A stretch of DNA of 64,000 nt from Euryarchaeota archaeon SCGC AAA252-I15 (GTDB lineage Archaea > Altiarchaeota > Altiarchaeia > IMC4 > SCGC-AAA252-I15), in assembly GCA_000402775.1 (NCBI GenBank), contig AQSC01000059.1:4257-68256 (forward strand). Reading direction: 5' to 3'. The stretch's first letter is position 1, and the number at the start of each line of letters is the position of its first letter. Below are positions 19,935 to 29,136 of this stretch, piece after piece. A model generated the notes under the pieces. It saw only the letters and a list, made by a program, of their open reading frames with translations. It was not told the DNA's origin and searched no databases. A program made the translations under genes and the position numbers.

Positions 19935-20002
19935 CTTGGTGAGGGATTGAGCGAATGCATGTGAGCGAGGCAGATCTTGTGAAAAGTGTCCTGGTTGAGT
20001 GA

Positions 20003-20593
20003 CTAATTCATTTTTCGTTTCTGGGAACGGGTTCTAATCCTGCTAAACTCCATTTTCGATAATCCAATTTCCCTTGTAAGGATTTGCCTGCCTTCTTTTA
20101 TCAGAGTCTTTGCTACTTCAGGCTCAATGCCCCAGCGCTCGGAAATATCATCGACTGAATCACCATCCATCCACGAGCAAGTAACTCGCATGTTCACCTC
20201 AATCTCAGGTTGCTCTTTTCCAATTCGCTCCACCTGATTCTGAATCGCTTTTTTCCGAAAAGCTAAAATATCCTCTTCTGAAAGATTGGCGTCTTTCTGC
20301 AACATTATCATCCCCCTCCGGACGATTTGGCGTATGGTATCAAGACTTACCCCCTCATCCCTTCCGATTTTCGCATATCCAAAACCCTTCAGAAGCCAAG
20401 CCTTCACACGCCTTTCATAATCCTCCTTATCTAATGACTGCTCAAAAGTCATCTTTTCCATTATCTTCATAAAACACTCCTCCGGAGTCTCTCCCAGAAT
20501 AAGCGCACTCTCATTCATTAATGCCCTTTCCACGGGCCCGGGGCTTGGATCAATAACAACTCGCTCCTTACTCCTTTTCCTAAAGATTGCCAT
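20003..20593 (-). CDS. Putative DNA-binding protein with two HTH-like segments
   Basis: KGFGYAKIGRDEGVSLDTIRQIVRRG and GDSVDDISERWGIEPEVAKTLIKEGRQIL resemble sigma70-region4/LuxR-type HTHs. Basic tail. Confidence 0.5.
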   Translation of the reverse strand: MAIFRKRSKERVVIDPSPGPVERALMNESALILGETPEECFMKIMEKMTFEQSLDKEDYERRVKAWLLKGFGYAKIGRDEGVSLDTIRQIVRRGMIMLQKDANLSEEDILAFRKKAIQNQVERIGKEQPEIEVNMRVTCSWMDGDSVDDISERWGIEPEVAKTLIKEGRQILTREIGLSKMEFSRIRTRSQKRKMN

Positions 20594-20633
20594 TTAATTC
20601 AGTATTTATTCCTAATGAGTAATTTAATACACA

Positions 20634-21329
20634 ATGAATATTTTATGCATCGCAGACATCCACGGCGACCAGGATGGACTGGTTCTCGCGCGCAACTTCG
20701 TAGTACAGCGGGACATTACAACTTCGGATGTAGAAGATATAGACTACATAATCCTAATGGGCGACTACAGCGTCGGCTTCAAGGATCCGAAACAAAATCT
20801 GATCGACACAAAATACGCCCTAGAATTTCTGAAAGACGATGCTAAACTTCTCACCATGCCCGGAAACTGTGATCAACCAGAAATCGTCGACATAATGAAA
20901 AAACATGATATGAACTTCCACGAAAAAGTAGTCGAATTAGACGGAACCTCATTTATCGGGCTTGGAGGAAGCAATCCAACACCATTCGAAACACCAATGG
21001 AACTGAGCGAAGAAGAAATAAGTGAGAAATTAACGAAACTCTTCGAACAGGCAAAAACAGAAAAAATAGTATTAGTAACCCACTTCCCACCGAAAGACAC
21101 TAAATGCGATAGAGTACCTTCAGGAGCGCACGTAGGCTCAACATCCCTCCGAAAAATAATCGAGGATAAAAGACCATCCGCGTGCATATGCTCGCACATT
21201 CACGAGTCGGCGGGGGAAGAAGACTTCATTGGGGAGACTAAAATAGTGAATGTTGGCATGTTATCCCACGGAAATGGAGTTGTCATCAAGACGAACCCAT
21301 TTGAAGTGGAACACGTAAAAATCAAATAA
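20634..21329 (+). CDS. Calcineurin-like metallophosphoesterase
   Basis: MNILCIADIHGD, ILMGDY, GNCD, VTHFPP and SHIHES form the canonical metallophosphatase motif series. Confidence 0.8.
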   Translation: MNILCIADIHGDQDGLVLARNFVVQRDITTSDVEDIDYIILMGDYSVGFKDPKQNLIDTKYALEFLKDDAKLLTMPGNCDQPEIVDIMKKHDMNFHEKVVELDGTSFIGLGGSNPTPFETPMELSEEEISEKLTKLFEQAKTEKIVLVTHFPPKDTKCDRVPSGAHVGSTSLRKIIEDKRPSACICSHIHESAGEEDFIGETKIVNVGMLSHGNGVVIKTNPFEVEHVKIK

Positions 21330-21338
21330 AATCTGATT

Positions 21339-21935
21339 TCAAGCTTTCCCCCGGGAATGACCCGACACTATTCCCGACGCAATCAAATGCGCAACCCGTA
21401 TCGGCTCGGGAATAAGGCTTCTAGTAGAAGAAATAATTATTATCTTTTTCGCATCCTCAAGATCTAATCCCGCGCATTGCATGTAAATGAACTTGTTTTT
21501 CCCAGTCTCGACTTTCACCGGCTCCCCGGCATTTTTAATGATTCTAGACCTCTCAATCTTTCGGTCAATATTATCTAAAGCCTTGTCTATCTCCTTGAAA
21601 TCCGGTTTCTTTCGGACGACAACTATCACGGGCAAACCCGTCTCCTTGTAAACCCGTTTTATGTCTACAAGGTTGAATCCCCCGAAACCCAGGCCGTCAA
21701 GCATTATCACCCTCAAATCCTTGAAACTGCAATTGTTTACGAGCTCGATAACCTTTTTTGTCGCGTCGAGTCCGTCAACCAAAATTTTGGTTGAGAGTAC
21801 TCCGTCAATAAAGTTTCCACCCCGAAACACGGTTCCGACGACGATTACTTCCTTATCACCTCTTTTAAAGGGTCCGTCATCCAAACCTAAAATTCTGACT
21901 TCCTTTTTAATCCTGTAAAAACGAATTTTTTTCAT
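21339..21935 (-). CDS. UPF0215/DUF99 family protein (endonuclease-V-like fold)
   Basis: KEVRILGLDDGPF...VVGTVFRGG..IDGVLST.I.VDGLDAT...LRVIMLDGLGFGGFN is the typical DUF99 pattern, as I recall it. Confidence 0.65.
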   Translation of the reverse strand: MKKIRFYRIKKEVRILGLDDGPFKRGDKEVIVVGTVFRGGNFIDGVLSTKILVDGLDATKKVIELVNNCSFKDLRVIMLDGLGFGGFNLVDIKRVYKETGLPVIVVVRKKPDFKEIDKALDNIDRKIERSRIIKNAGEPVKVETGKNKFIYMQCAGLDLEDAKKIIIISSTRSLIPEPIRVAHLIASGIVSGHSRGKA

Positions 21936-21968
21936 TTATTTAACTATTTGAAATACTTTTCTTATATT

Positions 21969-23378
21969 ATGAATCCTGTTGGCGTCGTAGTATCCTCTCA
22001 TGGAAGAGAGCTTGAAGTCCAGGTTCAAGGGGGGGAGCTTGAGCTTGGGAGCATCGTGAAGATTTCAGATAATTTCGGGATTGTAGCGTCAATGCATTAT
22101 GTCGAGGACGAAAAAATAGGGGCCAAGCAAAAGCTTATTGCGGAAGTTCAGGTTTTCGGATCGCTTGTGAATGGGAGGCTTAAGCGTTTGAAAAAACCTT
22201 TGAAGCCTTATCTTGAAGTTTTTCTAGTCGATAAAAGTGATCTTGAGGGAATTCTTTCGGTCTCGGATTCAATAAGTCTTGGAACGGTTCATGGTACGAG
22301 TGCGAGGGCTTTTCTTAATGCTAGTGAATTCGACCGTCACACCGCAATTCTTGCAAGCACTGGATCCGGGAAATCCTATACAGCGTCGAATCTTATAAAA
22401 GAATTCGGTTTACTGTCACTTCCCGTAGTAGTGGTAGACACGCATGGGGAATACGCAAGAATCCTGTCTAAACTCGCATCTGAAAACCCCTTTAAGATTG
22501 AAGTGCACACTGTTAAAAGGACTCGGCAAGGCGTTTCACAGCTGAAAATTCCGGTTTCAAATCTTGAGGCAACAGACTATCACCACTTCCTCCATTTAAC
22601 GGAACCGCAGGAGTCTGCGCTCGTGGAAATACTCGGTAATCTATCCGGCGACTACAATCTAAGTGACGTTGTCTCGGGCACAAGCAAGCTTAACGTAAAC
22701 GTCTACCACGAAGGAACAATCGCAGCCTTAACCCGCAAGCTCAAGACACTCGAACGAGTGTTTAAAGACGTTTTCGACAAATTCGGTACCGACATTTCAA
22801 ATCTTGTAGAGCCAGGCCAGGTCACGATAATCGACTGTTCGCTCGCTTCCCAGAATGTAAGGCGTTCCGTGGTCTCATACCTTTCTAAAGAGCTTTTGTC
22901 ATCCCGTATCAACAAACTAAACGATTTCGATGGGGAAAAAATAGATTACCCGCTACTTCTAGTCGTTGAGGAAGCCCACAACTACGCTGGATCGAATCTC
23001 TCCCACTCCTGTAAGAAACAGCTTCAAAGAGTTGCCTCTGAAGGTAGGAAATTCGGCATCGGATTGTGCGTCATAAGCCAGAAGCCCAGCAAAATCGACG
23101 AGGAAATCCTATCTCAATGCAATACCGGAATCTACATGCACATCACAAACCCACGCGACAAAGACCACATCCGTAGAAGCTTCGAATCAATAAACGACGC
23201 AATAATCTCAGACCTCGACAGCCTTGACGTCGGAGAATGCATCATAGCGGGAGCCATGCTCGACATACCGTTTCTCGTGTGCCAAGTCGACCGGATAGAG
23301 CTTAAAAAGGAGAAGAAAAGCAAATTCGACTTCAAAAAAAAAGCGGAAGTAAAACACGCGAAAGCAGACTACGTATGA
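21969..23378 (+). CDS. HerA-like (DUF87) hexameric ATPase
   Basis: Walker A ILASTGSGKSY, VVVDTHGEY, Walker B LLLVVEEAHNYA, EGRKFGIGLCVISQKPSKIDEEILSQCNTGIYMHITNPRD. Confidence 0.8.
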   Translation: MNPVGVVVSSHGRELEVQVQGGELELGSIVKISDNFGIVASMHYVEDEKIGAKQKLIAEVQVFGSLVNGRLKRLKKPLKPYLEVFLVDKSDLEGILSVSDSISLGTVHGTSARAFLNASEFDRHTAILASTGSGKSYTASNLIKEFGLLSLPVVVVDTHGEYARILSKLASENPFKIEVHTVKRTRQGVSQLKIPVSNLEATDYHHFLHLTEPQESALVEILGNLSGDYNLSDVVSGTSKLNVNVYHEGTIAALTRKLKTLERVFKDVFDKFGTDISNLVEPGQVTIIDCSLASQNVRRSVVSYLSKELLSSRINKLNDFDGEKIDYPLLLVVEEAHNYAGSNLSHSCKKQLQRVASEGRKFGIGLCVISQKPSKIDEEILSQCNTGIYMHITNPRDKDHIRRSFESINDAIISDLDSLDVGECIIAGAMLDIPFLVCQVDRIELKKEKKSKFDFKKKAEVKHAKADYV

Positions 23379-24431
23379 TTAAATTTCTTTTTTTATGTTG
23401 AAAATTTTTTTCACCAGAGGTGCGCAACGAAGTTTCAAATGGTTTCTAATCTGGTTTACCGGGATGATTTTTATGGTCGGATCTTTCGCCAAGAAATGGT
23501 TTCTCGTGTATTGGCTTATTAACTGACCTAAGGTTTTTTCAAAGCTTGAGTAGTTGTTGAAAGCGGACAGAAGAATGCTCTCCATGTTCCCCGAGATTAT
23601 CAAATACTGGGACCCCTCTCTTATGACCTGCTCCACACCCTTAATCCTCTCTTTTAAGGATACCCTCGGATTCATAAATACGTGGCTGAATGAAATAATT
23701 TCGAACCCTAGTCTGCCTAGATCAGGGAATCTAACCGTTGAAACGAGTTTTTTCGACTCAATTTTCTGCCTAATGGTGTTTATCCTCTGTCTAGTTAGAG
23801 ATAACTTGTCTGCAATATCCTTATCCTTTATCGACCCATACTTTACCATTGCATACAAGACAAGCTTTTCAGTGTCTGTTAACCCTACAACCTCAGTTTC
23901 ACGGAATTTAGTGTCTAAACTAAATTTCTCGTTAAACCCGAGGTTAAAGTGTTTGTTGAGAAGAGGGGCGAAATCGAAAAAAAGGAAGAGTTTACTCAAT
24001 CCTAAGGGAAAATAGATGTGTTTAATACCGTTTGCAGTCAAGAAATTATGGGTAGCGTGCCTGTGCTCCGCCGCATCCAAATACCTTCTAACTTCAGTGA
24101 AGTTTTCGGCTGCTGCAAGACTTATGCGGCACGTGTCGGTGGATATCCTATAGAAAAGCACTGGCTCCCTGCTTGCAAACCGCTCTCTATTACCCCACGG
24201 AGTCAAGGGGTTGAAATCACCATATCTTGCAACTAAGAGTTCACAACCAATCTTTCCAAGATTTGGTAGGGTAAGTTCTGTGAAATAGCCTTTCGCAACT
24301 AACTTGTTTCTTATGGCAGTTACGGTAGGCCTTTTAACATCGATTTTATCGCTTAGTTCAATATCGTTTAGGTTCGGCCATCTAACGAGGCCGTAGAAGA
24401 CGATCTTCTCCTTGTCTGTGAGTTTGATCAT
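23379..24431 (-). CDS. Transcriptional regulator with two duplicated winged-helix modules
   Basis: LTDKEKIVFYGLVRWPNLNDIELSDKIDVKRPTVTAIRNKL and LTDTEKLVLYAMVKYGSIKDKDIADKLSLTRQRINTIRQKI show an internal duplication. Confidence 0.6.
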   Translation of the reverse strand: MIKLTDKEKIVFYGLVRWPNLNDIELSDKIDVKRPTVTAIRNKLVAKGYFTELTLPNLGKIGCELLVARYGDFNPLTPWGNRERFASREPVLFYRISTDTCRISLAAAENFTEVRRYLDAAEHRHATHNFLTANGIKHIYFPLGLSKLFLFFDFAPLLNKHFNLGFNEKFSLDTKFRETEVVGLTDTEKLVLYAMVKYGSIKDKDIADKLSLTRQRINTIRQKIESKKLVSTVRFPDLGRLGFEIISFSHVFMNPRVSLKERIKGVEQVIREGSQYLIISGNMESILLSAFNNYSSFEKTLGQLISQYTRNHFLAKDPTIKIIPVNQIRNHLKLRCAPLVKKIFNIKKEI

Positions 24432-24522
24432 TTCAGTATTAAAGGGTGGGTATTTTGTGTTTAAATAAAGGGTGTTGGTATAACTAATTCTTTTTGAATA
24501 CTAAAAGACAAGGGTTTTTTAG

Positions 24523-25359
24523 ATGATTGAAGTTGACGTGAGATGGGGGGATGAGGTAAGTGAAAAACAATTTAAATCCCCGGGAAGGGAATTAGTGGTC
24601 ATTGTAGACACTCTCAGAGCAACCTCAACCATCCCTGTAGCCTTAAGTTGCGGAGCAAGTAGTGTAACTGTTTTAAGCGATTTAACAAGGTCTTTAAAGC
24701 TTAAGGCATCTCATCCTCACGCGATTCTTGCTGGAGAGCGGAGCGGTGTCAAGATTTGCGACTTTGATGTGGGAAACTCACCGTTTAAAATCAAAACGTT
24801 ATTGACTGGAGGCGGCAAGTCGGTTTCGGAGGTCATATTAAACACCAGTAATTTTTCCAGGGTGCTTGAGGAAGTATCGGGTTTGACTAATCAACCGGTT
24901 ATTGCTGCAAGCCTTGTGAATTCAACCAGGATTTCCAAGTTTATCTTGGACAATGAGGGTATGCTGGATGGTCTTTTTTTCGTTCCTGTTGGAACGTACT
25001 TGATGGGTGGTCGGGAGCTTGAAAGGCCTAAACGGTTTTGTGAGGATTGTCTTGCAGCCTTTCACGTAATTGAAAAACTTACGGATGGTGGTTGTGATCT
25101 GGATTTTATAGGTGGTGCAAAAAACTGTATGGCCGAGTCAAAGTATAAGGGGTCTTTAAGTGATGATTTGGCTGTTGTTGACTACCTTTGGGGGACTGAG
25201 TATGTGACATATCTTCTTGAATTAGACTCGTCTTCCGGTGTTGATGATAATCGAAGGGATATTGAAGTCTGTTTTAGTGTTGACTCACACCCCACCGTCC
25301 CCTTGCTTTTTCGCAATAAAAGTATTCTCTCCTTTAAGGAGTCGCCTGATACGTTGTGA
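24523..25359 (+). CDS. comB: 2-phosphosulfolactate phosphatase family (ComB-like)
   Basis: VVIVDTLRATSTIPVAL and GERSGVKICDFDVGNSP are characteristic ComB motifs. Confidence 0.7.
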   Translation: MIEVDVRWGDEVSEKQFKSPGRELVVIVDTLRATSTIPVALSCGASSVTVLSDLTRSLKLKASHPHAILAGERSGVKICDFDVGNSPFKIKTLLTGGGKSVSEVILNTSNFSRVLEEVSGLTNQPVIAASLVNSTRISKFILDNEGMLDGLFFVPVGTYLMGGRELERPKRFCEDCLAAFHVIEKLTDGGCDLDFIGGAKNCMAESKYKGSLSDDLAVVDYLWGTEYVTYLLELDSSSGVDDNRRDIEVCFSVDSHPTVPLLFRNKSILSFKESPDTL

Positions 25360-25414
25360 TGTATGCCCTCTGATTATTGTATTTATTTCCACCCTTCCAA
25401 TTTCTTTTTAGACT

Positions 25415-26902
25415 ATGGAATTACATCCTCATGAAGTCAAGGTCTTAAAAGCACTGTCTAACGGCGAGTGGTCTAATCCTGAAAAAACATCTTCAGAGAC
25501 GGGATTAGACTCTGATGCGGTCTTGCGTGCAGTCTCCTGGCTGAAGACTAAGGAATTTATCGAATCTCCAGAAGAGATTAGGATTGAAGTTTCTTTAGGA
25601 GATGAGGGAATAGAGTACGCAAAAAAAGGCCTGCCTGAAAGAAGGCTAATGAACGCGATTGGGAAAGAAATTGGAATTGCCGAGCTGAAAAAAAAGGTCG
25701 ACTCCGAGACCTTCAAAATCGGTTTTGGCTGGCTCAGGAAAAAAGGAGTAATAACTTTTTCTGAAGGGTTGGTGAAAATCATAGACTCATCCGAAACCGA
25801 GGATGAAAAACTCCTAATACTTCTTAAGGAAAAGAGAAAACTTATCGTAAATGATTTATCTAAAAAGGAACAAGAGGCAGTTGAACAGTTAAAGGCTAGG
25901 AAGAACGTCATAAAATTGAGCGAGGAGAAGATTATAAAGTTCAAGGCAACAAAAAAAGGAATTTCAGCATCGAAATCATTGAAAATAGGGGATAGCTTGT
26001 CCCAACTCACCCCAGAGCTTATAACGTCTTCAGGTTGGAAGAACAAGAAGTTCCGCCCTTATGATGTCTCAGTTTACGTGAAACCCGAGTATCCTGCTAA
26101 AAAACACCCGCTTCAAGTTGAATTAGAGCGTATTAGAAGGATTTTCATTTCAATGGGATTCTCTGAGATTTCTGGCAATTTCGTTGAATCGTCTTTCTGG
26201 AACTTTGACGCGTTGTTCACCGCCCAGGATCATCCAGTCCGGGACATGCATGATACGTTCTACCTTAAAAAACCTTCTAAAATCGATATCCCCGGATTTG
26301 ACAGGCTTTGGAAGGATGTCGCCAAAACCCATGAATCGGGAGGTTCTACTGGTTCGGCGGGTTGGCAGTACAAGTGGGATAAGTCCAAGTCTTACCGAAC
26401 AGTTCTTAGAACTCACACTACGGCCGTGACTGCAAGGTATCTTAGCGGTCTCTCTCCCGAGGATCTTCCCGTCAAGGTTTTTTCTCTGGGTAAAACCTTC
26501 CGAAACGAGTCACTGGATTACAAGCACCTTCCAGAGTTTTACCAAGTCGAAGGTATTGTTGTGGACAAGAATGCGACTTTCAGAAACCTTCTTTCAATCC
26601 TTAAGGAGTTTTACGACCAGATGGGCTTTAAAGTGCGGTTTAGGCCTGCATACTTCCCGTACACTGAGATGAGTGTTGAACCTGAAGTGTATTTTGAGGA
26701 GAAGGGCGAGTGGATCGAGCTTGGGGGTTCGGGGATATTCAGACCCGAAGTTGTAAGGCCGCTTCTTGGATTTGATTGTCCGGTTTTAGCCTGGGGTCTT
26801 GGGGTGGATCGTGTGGTGGCTTTAAAGCTTGGTCTGAAAGATATTCGAAATCTTTATGTCAGCGACTTGGACTGGCTTAGAAAGACCAAAACTCAGTTCT
26901 GA
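25415..26902 (+). CDS. pheS: Phenylalanine--tRNA ligase alpha subunit
   Basis: Class II core FDALFTAQDHPVRDMHDTFY, RTHTTAV, GKTFRNE, GSGIFRPEV, AWGLGVDR. Confidence 0.95.
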   Translation: MELHPHEVKVLKALSNGEWSNPEKTSSETGLDSDAVLRAVSWLKTKEFIESPEEIRIEVSLGDEGIEYAKKGLPERRLMNAIGKEIGIAELKKKVDSETFKIGFGWLRKKGVITFSEGLVKIIDSSETEDEKLLILLKEKRKLIVNDLSKKEQEAVEQLKARKNVIKLSEEKIIKFKATKKGISASKSLKIGDSLSQLTPELITSSGWKNKKFRPYDVSVYVKPEYPAKKHPLQVELERIRRIFISMGFSEISGNFVESSFWNFDALFTAQDHPVRDMHDTFYLKKPSKIDIPGFDRLWKDVAKTHESGGSTGSAGWQYKWDKSKSYRTVLRTHTTAVTARYLSGLSPEDLPVKVFSLGKTFRNESLDYKHLPEFYQVEGIVVDKNATFRNLLSILKEFYDQMGFKVRFRPAYFPYTEMSVEPEVYFEEKGEWIELGGSGIFRPEVVRPLLGFDCPVLAWGLGVDRVVALKLGLKDIRNLYVSDLDWLRKTKTQF

Positions 26903-26927
26903 AAGTCAACTGGTTTAATAAATTAGT

Positions 26928-27593
26928 ATGAAAGACGTGTTTTGCGGGATAGACGAGGCTGGAAGAGGCCCAGTGATTGGATCCCTAGTTATGGCTTGTG
27001 TATGTCTCGACGAGAAAAGCATTAGAAAACTTAAGGGTCTTGGAGTCAGGGACTCTAAGAAGATGACTCCTAAAAAACGCGAGGAACTTGAGCCCGTGAT
27101 AAAGGAATTAGCCCTTGAATGGTCTACAATAAAAATTACCCCCCAAGAGATCGATAAACTTCGGAAAAAAAAGTCTTTAAATGTAATTGAAGCCGACAAG
27201 ACCGCTGAACTCATCCTGTCTCTTACGGTCAAGCCTTCAAAGATTTTCGTGGACGCGACCGACAGTATTGCGAAAAACTACGAGAAAAAAATAATCGACC
27301 AGATAGTAAAGCTCAATCCCGAATACAAGATCCCCAAGATGGTTTGCGAGCACAGGGCGGACGACAAATACATCCCGGCGTCGGCTGCCTCAGTAATAGC
27401 CAAAGTTGAACGAGACCGGGAGATTGAAGAGCTTAAGAAAGAATACGGCAACATTGGAAGCGGCTATCCAAGCGACGAGCGCACCCAAAAGTTTGTGAGA
27501 AAGCTTGTGAGAGAAGGTAGTCTTCCAAGTTTTGTTCGAAGAAGCTGGGGTACGGTAAACAAGTTAAAGCAGTCGAGTCTAAGCGAGTTTTAA
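26928..27593 (+). CDS. rnhB: Ribonuclease HII
   Basis: GIDEAGRGPVIGSLV, VRDSKKMTPKKRE, ASVIAKVERD. Confidence 0.9.
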   Translation: MKDVFCGIDEAGRGPVIGSLVMACVCLDEKSIRKLKGLGVRDSKKMTPKKREELEPVIKELALEWSTIKITPQEIDKLRKKKSLNVIEADKTAELILSLTVKPSKIFVDATDSIAKNYEKKIIDQIVKLNPEYKIPKMVCEHRADDKYIPASAASVIAKVERDREIEELKKEYGNIGSGYPSDERTQKFVRKLVREGSLPSFVRRSWGTVNKLKQSSLSEF

Positions 27594-28171
27594 ACCCCTT
27601 TAAACTCAATAAGATCAGTTACCACTGCATACAAACCGTCTTGCGCGGAGAGTTCGGTCTTCCCAAAGGAGATGACTACGACATCACCTTCGCTCAAATC
27701 GAGAGTTGAAACCTTTCTCTTCGTCTCGGATAACTCATCCATGCTCGAATCATGTATCGGGAACTTAAGCTCCCCTCCTTTATAGATCATGACTACTGCC
27801 CCGTCGGCGCCAGCCTTTACTGCAGTGTCTCTCTCATCCAAGCCTTTTTTTATATTTGCGGCGGCATCATGCACTGAAGTCACGTATTTGGGGCTTCCAC
27901 ACGCAAGGTCGAAGGACTCTAATCTCACAGGTTCAGTGAATCTTTCAAGAAAATCCTTGATGAATTCCTCTCCAAGAGGGGTTAGGGTGTGGCCCTGCTT
28001 TACTGACGCGATGAAACCCTTATTCTTCAGTTTCTTTAGTATAGTCCGCACACTTCCTTCCCCCAAACCCAGTTCCCTCACAAGTTTCTTGCGGCCGCAT
28101 CTTTTACTCTTAAGTTTCACGAAAGTCTTCAAAACGTGCCGGTCCTCGAAACTCGGGCGTGCTCCAACCAT
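27590..28171 (-). CDS. wHTH regulator with DUF4443-like C-terminal domain
   Basis: GRKKLVRELGLGEGSVRTILKKLKNKGFI (HTH) followed by a beta-rich domain. 4-nt overlap with the rnhB end. Confidence 0.55.
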   Translation of the reverse strand: MVGARPSFEDRHVLKTFVKLKSKRCGRKKLVRELGLGEGSVRTILKKLKNKGFIASVKQGHTLTPLGEEFIKDFLERFTEPVRLESFDLACGSPKYVTSVHDAAANIKKGLDERDTAVKAGADGAVVMIYKGGELKFPIHDSSMDELSETKRKVSTLDLSEGDVVVISFGKTELSAQDGLYAVVTDLIEFKGV

Positions 28172-28227
28172 TATAATGTATTGTAGGGGGCATTTTTAAA
28201 TCCTGATTACATTATTAGTAGTCTGAA

Positions 28228-28767
28228 ATGGCTAAACGTATTCGTCCTGGAAGATGCTACAGGTGGGATACTCCCGCATACTCGCGGGTTTCAAATAATC
28301 CTGCAGACTCTTTCATTACTGGAATCCCCGGGTCGAAGATAACCCGGTTTGACATGGGCAACGTCTCAGGGACATTTGACTCCACCCTAGCAATCGCGGT
28401 GAAAGACGATATCATCATTAGACACAACTCGATTGAGGCTGCCCGAATCGTAATACAAAAAAAGATCGAGAAGGCTGTTGGCGCTGCAAACTACCATTTC
28501 AAAATAAACATTTACCCGCACCACATAATCAGGGAGAATACTATGGCCACTGGTGCTGGGGCGGACCGGGTCCAGGACGGCATGAGAAAGTCCTACGGCA
28601 AGCCCATTGGGCGCGCAGCCAGGGTCTACAAGGGTCAGCCAGTGTTCACAGTCTACTTCAACCACACGGACGATCGTTTCAACCGTGTAAAAGGCGCTCT
28701 TCGCGCGGCTTCCAAGAAGCTTCCAGGCAATTTTTTCTTTGTTGAAAAAAGGAGTGTTGCAGCTTAA
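28228..28767 (+). CDS. rpl10e: 50S ribosomal protein L10e (uL16)
   Basis: MAKRIRPGRCYRW...GAGADRVQDGMRKSYGKPIG. Confidence 0.95.
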   Translation: MAKRIRPGRCYRWDTPAYSRVSNNPADSFITGIPGSKITRFDMGNVSGTFDSTLAIAVKDDIIIRHNSIEAARIVIQKKIEKAVGAANYHFKINIYPHHIIRENTMATGAGADRVQDGMRKSYGKPIGRAARVYKGQPVFTVYFNHTDDRFNRVKGALRAASKKLPGNFFFVEKRSVAA

Positions 28768-28768
28768 A

Positions 28769-29041
28769 ATGGTTGAACTTAATGTTGTCGCAAAGGTTAA
28801 GGTATTGCCTGAGGGTGTTGACGTCGATTTGGAGGTTATACAGAAAAAACTTTCCGAGATCGTCTCCGATTACGGTAAAATCCACTCTCTCGAGGTCAAG
28901 CCCGTAGCGTTCGGATTAAATTGTATTGAAGCAAACCTTCTTTTAAGCGACTCGGAAGGCGGGCTCGAAGAAATCGAGCGGAAGGTCGCAGATCTAGCTG
29001 GTGTTTCAGACGTAAACGTGTTAGACGTAAACAGGCTCTAA
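28769..29041 (+). CDS. Elongation factor 1-beta (aEF-1B)
   Basis: VVAKVKVLPEGVDVDL...VKPVAFGLNCIEANLLL. The ATG at 28769 comes directly after the L10e stop. Confidence 0.85.
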   Translation: MVELNVVAKVKVLPEGVDVDLEVIQKKLSEIVSDYGKIHSLEVKPVAFGLNCIEANLLLSDSEGGLEEIERKVADLAGVSDVNVLDVNRL

Positions 29042-29050
29042 AAAGAATTA

Positions 29051-29136
29051 GTTTACATGTTTTTATAAAATTTTGTAAACATTAATTCAGATTCCACCCA
29101 TATACGTCTTTTTTCACGTGTAAACTATTTACACGT
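29051..29136. terminator. Convergent-gene terminator region with two hairpins and a T-run
   Basis: GTTTACA(29051-57)/TGTAAAC(29074-80). ACGTGTAAA(29116-24)/TTTACACGT(29128-36) spans the cdc6 stop. An oligo-T run (tctttttt) lies just upstream of the second hairpin. Confidence 0.4.

Noticed and set aside
19935-20002. Possible degenerate copy of the hairpin-1 loop motif (GGATTGAGCGAATGCATGTGAGCGAGG) downstream of glmS
   Set aside because: Only short matches (GAGCGAA, GCATG) and no convincing stem. This is within chance expectation for such short words.
25429-26046. 205-aa ORF antisense to pheS, plus many other 60-160-aa antisense ORFs inside conserved genes (e.g. 2141-2500, 17116-17517, 31490-31894, 37768-38250, 40086-40457, 40447-40929, 60852-61277)
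   Set aside because: Each lies entirely within a gene whose product carries unmistakable family motifs. There are no independent start signals. Such ORFs are expected in GC-moderate coding DNA.
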